Virus genome (UHGV): UHGV-1887975
Origin: a virus
DNA length: 11,593 bases
Strand: one strand, 5' to 3'
Under the pieces are notes generated by a model. That model was not told the DNA's origin and searched no databases. It worked only from the letters and a program-made list of their open reading frames with translations. Below are positions 5,668 through 11,593 of the stretch, one piece after another. Both the position numbers and the translations under genes were made by a program. Within the stretch, counting starts at the first letter, position 1, and every line of letters starts with the position of its first letter.

Positions 5668-6378
5668 ATGACAAACGATTTATATATTAACGGCAGAAAG
5701 ATTGATAGCTTCGGGGACTGGTCACCACAGGGTGAACATCCGCTACATACTATTCAGCGTAAAGAACACGATGAAAGAATTAAGCTTGAGCAAGAGTTAA
5801 AGATGTCACCAAAGGTAATTTCCTTTGTGTCTCCTGAGCCTCAAGAAATGCCTGATGTATGCAAAACTGAAGCACTATTTAATCTTGAGCGTGAATATTA
5901 CCCACTGCTAAAAGCACAGCGTATTAAACTAGATGACGCTTACAGCAAAGTTACCCTGATGCAATCAGCTATTGAGCCATCAGAATTTGAGATTCAGGAT
6001 GAATTGTCACAGAAACCATTTGTCTATTACAAATATGAAGACAATGATGGTTTTGGTACTTTTCCTGAGAATATCCCAGACGTGATTAATAATCTTCCTG
6101 ATGGATATCGAATTGTGAAGATGGTTAAAGCTTCAAGAGGTGCTGGTCAGTTTATTTTCATGACCGATAGGAGCGATGAAGAACTCTGTGAAATTGCTAA
6201 ACAGAACATCTTAGCATCACGTAACAAGCAACTTGAAAATGTTAAGTTGTATCTCTCAAGAGAGCTTCAGGCTATGAAAGAGCTTGTTAGTGAATATGAA
6301 TCACAGAAGAAGATTGCTATGCAGGCTGATATTGAGCAGTTAGTGAAGATTTCTCAGAAATATGCAAAGGCACTTTAA
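5668..6378 (+). CDS. Hypothetical protein, 236 aa, with a coiled-coil-like C-terminus
   Basis: The ATG at 5668 is preceded by AGAGGA with a 7-nt spacer. The track's 5623 start is a GTG inside the GTGTGCT motif. Confidence 0.75.
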   Translation: MTNDLYINGRKIDSFGDWSPQGEHPLHTIQRKEHDERIKLEQELKMSPKVISFVSPEPQEMPDVCKTEALFNLEREYYPLLKAQRIKLDDAYSKVTLMQSAIEPSEFEIQDELSQKPFVYYKYEDNDGFGTFPENIPDVINNLPDGYRIVKMVKASRGAGQFIFMTDRSDEELCEIAKQNILASRNKQLENVKLYLSRELQAMKELVSEYESQKKIAMQADIEQLVKISQKYAKAL

Positions 6379-6402
6379 CTATGAATTAAAAGGAGGTGGT
6401 GA

Positions 6403-6606
6403 ATGATTGATTTAACAGAACGCTATGAGCTTATTAAAGCAATTAGTGAACGATTGAAAGAACAACCCAACAAACCAAAACGAATCAAATCATCCACCTC
6501 TAAGCAAAAGAATAGAATCAGAAGAATCGCTAAATGGTGTCTTGATAAATTACCAAGTGATTGTCAGATTGTCGGTGAAGATGGTAATTATTATCTGGTT
6601 AGGTAA
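6403..6606 (+). CDS. Small basic hypothetical protein, 67 aa
   Basis: Strong SD (AAAGGAGGTGGTGA then ATG). Lys/Arg-rich centre. Followed by a terminator. Confidence 0.7.
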   Translation: MIDLTERYELIKAISERLKEQPNKPKRIKSSTSKQKNRIRRIAKWCLDKLPSDCQIVGEDGNYYLVR

Positions 6607-6631
6607 AAAGATTGGTTGGGTAAAAATCAAC

Positions 6632-6672
6632 GGGAGAGATTATCGAGTGACATCGGTAGCTCTCCCTTTTTT
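6632..6672 (+). terminator. Rho-independent terminator: GGGAGAG / CTCTCCC stem followed by TTTTTT
   Basis: Stem arms at 6632-6638 and 6660-6666, and the T-run at 6667-6672, are read directly. Confidence 0.7.
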
Positions 6673-6700
6673 GTATATGAGATAGTCTTCTATCGAATCC

Positions 6701-6802
6701 TGTGTGCTACGTGATGATTCGGATAAGAATTATCCTCATGAAATCTGTAAAACTAATACCCACACTGAAAAATAGAATTTACGTACAACACGCTTAAAGA
6801 GG
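6701..6802 (+). promoter_or_regulatory. Conserved GTGTGCT-box intergenic element, copy A, upstream of the tape-measure gene
   Basis: It shares GTGTGCTACGTGA (6702-6714) and the block TACCCACACTGAAAAATAGAATTTACGTACAACACGCTTAAAGAGG (6757-6802) with copy B. The two ends can pair (6701-6714 with 6779-6792, with 2 internal mismatches). Confidence 0.55.
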
Positions 6803-6812
6803 TGAAACATGA

Positions 6813-8936
6813 ATGAGCAAATTCACAGTTGATAGTTTTATCGTTGAGCTAGGCTTCAATGAAAACGTTATTAAGGGACTGCAAAGAGTTGAAAAGGCAG
6901 CTTTGCAGTCAGCACAAAGAATTGAAAAGAACCTAAATAAAGGTTTCAGGATTAATACAAAGCAGCTTGATAGTAATTTAACGGCTTCTTTAGGGCAGCT
7001 TGAAAGGAAGTTTAATAAGGCCTTTGACAAGATTGAACAGAGAGCAAGAAATACTAAAGCTTTCCAGTTTACCACCAGATTTAATGACACTGTTAATCCT
7101 CCAAAACAACCAAGACAGCCACGAATTAGCGGAAACAGAGCAATCACAGCAGCTTACTCAGCGAATATGAGCAAGCTAAAAGGCCTTAACCCAATTGTCG
7201 AGAAATACATTAAGAGTCAGTTTTACGGGCTATCTGCTAAAGCCGGGTCAATGGATTCTTCAAAATTCAATGAGAAGTTAGCTCAGTTAAACGCTTCAGT
7301 CAGAGAAGCAATTGCTAAAGCCAGAGGTCATACATCCACCAGCATTAATGGTGACAGAGCAGCTAATAGTCTTGATAACCTGTCTTCAGCAGCAGTTAAA
7401 ACAGCAGGTGCATTTATCTCAATGCAGGCTGTATTAGCCAGTTATCAGAAGATTATGGAAATTGGTTTACAGCGTGCAAGTGCTGAACGTTCAATTGATT
7501 TCGTATTTGATAAAGATGCAGGTCAGGTAAAAGAGTTCACAAAGTCATTAGCTCAAACAACGGGTTTAGATATCGCTGAACTGCAATCACAGTTTGCTGG
7601 TTTTGGTGCTTCAGCTAAAGAGTCTATGGGTATTCAAGGTTCTGAAGAACTTTTTAAAAATATGATTGGCTATGCTCGTCTGATGGGGAGAAGTGAAGAA
7701 GAGATTAAGCGAGCACTGACAGCATTATCACAGATGGCTGGTAAGGGTCAGATTATGGCTGAAGAGCTTAAGGGGCAACTGGCTGAAGCTGTTCCTGGTA
7801 TGGTTCAGGTATTCGCTAAAGCAACCGGAAAGACTGAACAGGAATTATTTGATGCCATGAAGAAGGGGGCTTTAAAATCTGCCGATACTCTTCAGAAGGT
7901 CACTCAGGAACTGAATAAACAAATCACCGCTAAAGGTGGCTGGAAAGCCATTTCAGAAAGTACTCAGGCACAACTAGGGAACTTGAAAAACTCTTGGAAT
8001 ACCACGCTTGATAGTATCTTCAGAGGTTCTGAAAATGGTCTGCAAGATTTTACACGAAGCCTAACAACGCTTTTAAACGCTCTTGGTGGAAGTGGTAAAA
8101 GTCTTGGTGAATCTCTTGGTAGTCTCATGACTTCTATGTCACATGGTGTCGATAGTCTGACCGATATTAGTTACAAGGTGCGAGCGTTCTTTGATGAGGT
8201 GACATTAGCTTACCGTTCACTAAATGACACTCAGAGGAAAATTGTTGATGGTTTATCTGATGGGTTAATTGATGGTTTGAAGATGCTTGCTGTGGCTGTT
8301 ACTGCTCAAAAGGCTGCAAATGTAGCTGGAGGCTTGTTAAACCTTGCAAATGCTGTTACTTCATTCGGTGATGCTGTTAATAAAGCTAAAGCTGGCAAGG
8401 CTGGTTCTTCAGGTGGTGCGCTAAGTAAAGTCGGTAGAGTTGTCCTTTATGCTGAGTTGGTAAACTTTGCTCTTGATAATTTAAACCCTGAAGCAGCTAA
8501 GAATCCGAACTTACACCAATCAGGTATTGGTACAGAAACAAACTTCAATCCTGAATACAAAGGCGATTCTAAACCAAACCAAATTAATGAGGGGTGGGCT
8601 AAGATTGGTAGTTCTATCGCTGACTGGTTTAATGGTGCAGCTAATAAAATTGCTAACTTACAAGAACCGATGAATAACTTCGTAAATAACACACAATCAA
8701 CTCCACCAGCTATCGACACGGTGAATATCAATGCTCAATTAGCTATGGCTGTATCAGAGTTAGGAAGAAAGGTTGATGCTTTAACAGTAGAAGCTCGGAA
8801 GCCTTTATCAGTTAATATCAAAGGTGAAGCAATTGTTAGGCCGGATGAGCCATCTTTCTTTAATTTCAATCAATCAGCTAATGACCAGTTCACGCAGGAT
8901 ATGCTCTTAAGTTCAAGCTATCCAGAGGAAGAATGA
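6813..8936 (+). CDS. Tail tape measure-like protein, 707 aa
   Basis: The central segment ALSQMAGKGQIMAEELKGQLAEAVPGMVQVFAKATGKTEQELFDAMKKGALKSAD matches the conserved tape-measure core motif known from lambda H/TP901-type TMPs. The protein is long, helical and Ala/Gly/Ser-rich. GAGGTG SD with an 8-nt spacer. Confidence 0.85.
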   Translation: MSKFTVDSFIVELGFNENVIKGLQRVEKAALQSAQRIEKNLNKGFRINTKQLDSNLTASLGQLERKFNKAFDKIEQRARNTKAFQFTTRFNDTVNPPKQPRQPRISGNRAITAAYSANMSKLKGLNPIVEKYIKSQFYGLSAKAGSMDSSKFNEKLAQLNASVREAIAKARGHTSTSINGDRAANSLDNLSSAAVKTAGAFISMQAVLASYQKIMEIGLQRASAERSIDFVFDKDAGQVKEFTKSLAQTTGLDIAELQSQFAGFGASAKESMGIQGSEELFKNMIGYARLMGRSEEEIKRALTALSQMAGKGQIMAEELKGQLAEAVPGMVQVFAKATGKTEQELFDAMKKGALKSADTLQKVTQELNKQITAKGGWKAISESTQAQLGNLKNSWNTTLDSIFRGSENGLQDFTRSLTTLLNALGGSGKSLGESLGSLMTSMSHGVDSLTDISYKVRAFFDEVTLAYRSLNDTQRKIVDGLSDGLIDGLKMLAVAVTAQKAANVAGGLLNLANAVTSFGDAVNKAKAGKAGSSGGALSKVGRVVLYAELVNFALDNLNPEAAKNPNLHQSGIGTETNFNPEYKGDSKPNQINEGWAKIGSSIADWFNGAANKIANLQEPMNNFVNNTQSTPPAIDTVNINAQLAMAVSELGRKVDALTVEARKPLSVNIKGEAIVRPDEPSFFNFNQSANDQFTQDMLLSSSYPEEE

Positions 8937-8950
8937 TTTCTTATATATAT

Positions 8951-9026
8951 CCGTGTGCTACGTGAAATCTTCTGAACGGATATACCCACTAAAAATTATT
9001 TTTTACGTAGCTCACGCTTAACAGAG
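8951..9026 (+). promoter_or_regulatory. Conserved GTGTGCT-box intergenic element, copy B, upstream of the 9102 gene
   Basis: GTGTGCTACGTGA at 8953-8965 and TACCCACTAAAAATTATTTTTTACGTAGCTCACGCTTAACAGAG at 8983-9026. The ends form a 16-bp stem with one mismatch (8952-8967 with 9001-9016). Confidence 0.55.
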
Positions 9027-9101
9027 AAAATACTTATATATCAAAGGTTTGGTTAAAAATGATTAAAATACACTAAGCCTTTGAAATCAAAGGAGAATTT
9101 A

Positions 9102-9872
9102 ATGATTTACACTAATCAGCTTCGTTACAGTGGCAAAGATGGTGTTTACTTCCATCTACAAGGCCAACCAGATAATTTCTTGTCACTATCAGCAACTGAG
9201 AACATGGAATATGACAGCCCTATGATGGTGACCACTCAAAATATGCAATCAGGGCAGACTGTAACAGATAATGTAATGCGTTCACCAAGAACTATTTCAA
9301 TCAGTGGTGTGGTTGTGGTTGGTGAATCCGGTAGTATCCTTATCTCAAGAGATAATAAGCTGGTGGAAAACTTCATAGACACTCTTGAAAACTGGCGTGA
9401 CCAGAAGCAAATTATCTCAGTTGTCTGTAAAGATGGTATTAAGATTGACGACTCAATTATTACAAGCTTTAAAGCCTCTAAAGATGTTGGTATTTCAAAC
9501 GGCCTAAGAATCCAGCTAACTTTTCAGGAAATCAACTTTAAAGCTATCGTAGGGCAAACTGATATTTCGACTGCTACTGGCAAGACCGCTACCACGAATG
9601 ATGGTGGTGCTACTTCTAAGAAGAATACAGGGAATACTACGACAAGTCTTGGAAGCCCTATGCTGACCTGTAAAGAGCTTTTTAGCTATTCGGCAAGTAA
9701 GTTATCAGATGAAGCGCTAAAAGCCCGTGTAACGTGCTCTAAGAGCGTTAGCGTTAAAAATGGTGAGAGCACCTTCACAGCCTCAGCTAATGAGCAAGCT
9801 TCAAAGGTGCTTAAGTCGGGTAATGCTTTACGGAAGTACTCTGTGAATCCGAATAAGAAGGGCACTTATTGA
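9102..9872 (+). CDS. Hypothetical tail-associated protein, 256 aa, named by position downstream of the TMP; the C-terminal half is Thr/Ser/Gly-rich
   Basis: The ATG at 9102 is preceded by AAGGAG with a 6-nt spacer. The track's 9081 start is a TTG. The function is inferred only from synteny with the TMP. Confidence 0.7.
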   Translation: MIYTNQLRYSGKDGVYFHLQGQPDNFLSLSATENMEYDSPMMVTTQNMQSGQTVTDNVMRSPRTISISGVVVVGESGSILISRDNKLVENFIDTLENWRDQKQIISVVCKDGIKIDDSIITSFKASKDVGISNGLRIQLTFQEINFKAIVGQTDISTATGKTATTNDGGATSKKNTGNTTTSLGSPMLTCKELFSYSASKLSDEALKARVTCSKSVSVKNGESTFTASANEQASKVLKSGNALRKYSVNPNKKGTY

Positions 9873-9881
9873 GACATAAAA

Positions 9882-9899
9882 AGGGGCTTCATAGCCCCT
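9882..9899 (-). terminator. Hairpin AGGGGCT / AGCCCCT between convergent genes, followed by a T-run on the minus strand; terminator for the integrase gene
   Basis: 7-bp perfect stem and 4-nt loop. The minus strand reads AGGGGCTATGAAGCCCCTTTTTAT. Confidence 0.65.
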
Positions 9900-9904
9900 G
9901 AAAA

Positions 9905-11425
9905 TTACAGTTGATAAGCGTCAATATCCAGTAGCTCTTTATCAGCAATTTCAAAGATTGGTGACCCATCATTTAGCGGTAACGGGTTTGTAGGTATGGT
10001 TATTTCAGTGTCGTTCTGTAGCGTTACAGTTACCGAATCCTTACCCAATGTCAGCCCCTTTAGATGCTTGGACAAAATCAACTGACACTCGACACGACCC
10101 GCTTTAGTTGTCAGGTCAATATCTTTAAGCTGGGGTAGTTCCTTATCAGTGAGTGAAGCCTTACGCCTCATGTTATCAATCGTGGTCTGTAGCTCTGTGC
10201 GCTTCTGGTTCAGTTCCTTAAGCTGAATTTTTAGTTCATCAATATCATCCATCTCAAGAAGTAGGGCGGTAGCTTTCTTGATTCTGGTTGTGACAATTTC
10301 AACCTCATGCTGTAGAGATGCAATCTTCCCCTCTGCTTCTCCATCATTCCCCACGTCAATCATCCCCAGAAAATTATCAATCATCCACTTATCAAACGGT
10401 TTACGCTTCAACGGAGGAACATCACAGCGACCATCAAGATGGTTATTGCACCGATAAACGCCCTGATACTTATTCTTAGTCCCTGTAGGGTGAACACTAG
10501 CCCCGCACTGACACCTAAACAGACCTTTGAAGATGTTAATCGTTAATGGATTATCACTTGCAGGTGTACGGCCTATACGGTTCTTACCAAGAATCTCTTG
10601 AGCTTTATTGAACGTTGAAGCATCTATAGCGGCTTCGTAGTAGTTCGGTATAGCGGGGCGGTCATTACGTTGTGATGCTGGTAACGTGCCTATCGTTGTC
10701 TCTGACCTTAAGATGGTGCGTACAGAGTGAACACTAAACCCGTTAGCATCTTTACGGCGACTAAACGACTTTATACCGTTGCTTTGAAGGTGACGGGCGA
10801 TGTTATGCAGACTTTCACCACTTAGCAGCAGCTTGAAAATCAGTCTTACAGTCTCAGCGTGTTCATTGAGTTTAAAAGTATCGGGGTCAATCCATCCGGG
10901 AACCATCTTTGTTAAACGTTGTTCACCAGCAAGGGCAAGTTTTGCACGTTGCTCCCATTTCTGAGAAACACGGAAAGACTTCTGCTTAGATTCCTGATGC
11001 GCTATGTAGGCTTTGACACGCTGGATGATTGAGATTCCTAAATCATCGGCTAAAGCATCCTTTGTGTAGATAAGACCATCTTGTAGCGTGTGAATCTCTA
11101 ACCCGTTGCCTAAGATGCGATTCATCAAGGCTTCTGTTTCAAGGTGTTCTAAGCGGCCTATACGGTCGATACTCTCAACAAGCAAAATCGTACCTTCTGG
11201 AAACTCCCCAGACTCAATACGGGCTAACATGTCACCAAACTGACCAGTAAGATGCTTACCTTTGTAACCGGATAGGCCTTCATCACTGAAAGACGCTACT
11301 ACTTGAGCATCGCTATTCTTCTTCAGCCACTGCTTGAACAGGTCGTTTTGTCGTCTGGTTGAATCTGCACCTTCAGCGCCTTGTATAGCTGAACTGTACC
11401 GAAGGTATGTAATTACGCTCCTCAT
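9905..11425 (-). CDS. Large serine recombinase (integrase), 506 aa
   Basis: N-terminal catalytic motif YLRYSSAIQ with downstream VESIDRIGR. Cys-rich zinc-ribbon segment CQCGASVHPTGTKNKYQGVYRCNNHLDGRC. C-terminal coiled coil. The gene lies adjacent to attR. Confidence 0.9.
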   Translation of the reverse strand: MRSVITYLRYSSAIQGAEGADSTRRQNDLFKQWLKKNSDAQVVASFSDEGLSGYKGKHLTGQFGDMLARIESGEFPEGTILLVESIDRIGRLEHLETEALMNRILGNGLEIHTLQDGLIYTKDALADDLGISIIQRVKAYIAHQESKQKSFRVSQKWEQRAKLALAGEQRLTKMVPGWIDPDTFKLNEHAETVRLIFKLLLSGESLHNIARHLQSNGIKSFSRRKDANGFSVHSVRTILRSETTIGTLPASQRNDRPAIPNYYEAAIDASTFNKAQEILGKNRIGRTPASDNPLTINIFKGLFRCQCGASVHPTGTKNKYQGVYRCNNHLDGRCDVPPLKRKPFDKWMIDNFLGMIDVGNDGEAEGKIASLQHEVEIVTTRIKKATALLLEMDDIDELKIQLKELNQKRTELQTTIDNMRRKASLTDKELPQLKDIDLTTKAGRVECQLILSKHLKGLTLGKDSVTVTLQNDTEITIPTNPLPLNDGSPIFEIADKELLDIDAYQL

Positions 11426-11467
11426 GGTGATAAACTCCCATGCAATTGATTCTCATTTAAAGATAAG

Positions 11468-11495
11468 CTTATAACCATTATGGCTAATGCTACAA
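11468..11495 (-). promoter_or_regulatory. Candidate integrase promoter on the minus strand: TTGTAG (-35, plus-strand coordinates 11490-11495), 16-nt spacer, TATAAG (-10, 11468-11473)
   Basis: Hexamers read from the reverse complement. It would give a leader of about 36 nt before the int ATG. Confidence 0.35.
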
Positions 11496-11496
11496 T
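11469..11496 (+). promoter_or_regulatory. Candidate island-borne outward promoter facing tonB: TTATAA (11469-11474), 16-nt spacer, extended -10 TGcTACAAT (11488-11496)
   Basis: Read directly. GCTACAAT recurs at 11505-11512. This is the only promoter-like sequence between the integrase gene and the tonB ATG. Confidence 0.35.
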
Positions 11497-11497
11497 G

Positions 11498-11505
11498 CCG
11501 AATAG
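11498..11505. repeat. attP arm inverted repeat CCGAATAG, partner of 149-156
   Basis: It is the perfect reverse complement of 149-156 and lies 8 nt from the core. Confidence 0.65.
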
Positions 11506-11513
11506 CTACAATA

Positions 11514-11526
11514 CAATGACCCTTGA
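11514..11526. repeat. attR core, CAATGACCCTTGA
   Basis: It is identical to 129-141 and contains the functional tonB ATG (11516-11518). Confidence 0.75.
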
Positions 11527-11593
11527 TTTACCTCGCCGCTTCCCCTGGCCGACGTTACTTTCGGTCTGCATTCATGGTGCTGTTGTGGCGGGG
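11516..11593 (+). CDS. tonB: TonB energy-transducer, 5' partial (first 26 codons; continues beyond the window)
   Basis: The translation MTLDLPRRFPWPTLLSVCIHGAVVAG matches the E. coli TonB N-terminus as I remember it. The reading frame is open to the window edge. Confidence 0.85.
   Translation, partial: MTLDLPRRFPWPTLLSVCIHGAVVAG

Larger units (their letters stand above)
129..11526. mobile_element. Integrated island of about 11.4 kb (phage-satellite-like) inserted at the tonB start codon by a large serine recombinase
   Basis: A 13-bp direct repeat sits at both ends. Symmetric attP-like arms lie just inside each repeat. An intact serine integrase is adjacent to the right end. The island is AT-rich, whereas the tonB coding flank is about 60 percent GC by hand count of 11527-11593. 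Confidence 0.75.

Noticed and set aside
6794-7147. 117-aa minus-strand ORF; the same applies to 8447-8731 (94 aa)
   Set aside because: Both are antisense shadows inside the tape-measure gene. The TMP frame carries the recognisable conserved motif.
3960-9101. Longer N-terminal extensions given in the ORF track (starts at 3960, 4739, 5623, 9081; also 3235 on the minus strand)
   Set aside because: In most cases the extension overlaps an upstream gene or a regulatory motif, or uses GTG/TTG without an SD. In each case an internal ATG has a well-spaced SD. The 4739 versus 4850 choice remains the least certain.
9882-9899. The hairpin after the 9102-9872 gene read as a plus-strand intrinsic terminator
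   Set aside because: The T-run is on the minus-strand side only. On the plus strand the stem is followed by GAAAATT. It may still act bidirectionally, but the sequence supports the minus-strand call.

Overview
The window is an Escherichia-type tonB locus split by an AT-rich integrative island of about 11.4 kb (129-11526). The tonB promoter and a Fur-box-like sequence lie at the left edge. The first 26 codons of tonB lie at the right edge, recognised from memory as MTLDLPRRFPWPTLLSVCIHGAVVAG. The island is bounded by a 13-bp direct repeat, CAATGACCCTTGA, that contains the tonB start codon. Joining the two inner flanks gives a symmetric site of about 44 bp that looks like a serine-integrase attP. 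The island carries a 506-aa large serine recombinase at its right end and a membrane-anchored cargo ORF at its left end. It also has a sigma70-driven operon of small proteins (one RHH-like, one with a C-terminal HTH), an orphan 707-aa tape-measure-like protein, and one further tail-position gene. The most unusual part is a stretch of about 2.5 kb (925-3410) with no credible long ORF on either strand. This stretch is packed with strand-biased short repeat families: GTTACAGAG, CTTAACAG, TTTAACGGGAGG, G5 tracts, AGGTC iterons and a 53-bp repeat pair. I see no capsid, terminase, portal, tail tube, lysis or recognisable replication genes. I therefore read the island as a phage-satellite-like element with a PLE-like layout, which is inference, not a database result. 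Other points of interest are a likely promoter swap at tonB, a conserved GTGTGCT-box element upstream of the structural genes, an SD-sequestering hairpin, tiny hydrophobic ORFs, and a candidate sRNA. All motif counts and coordinates were derived by hand from the sequence. No searches were run.
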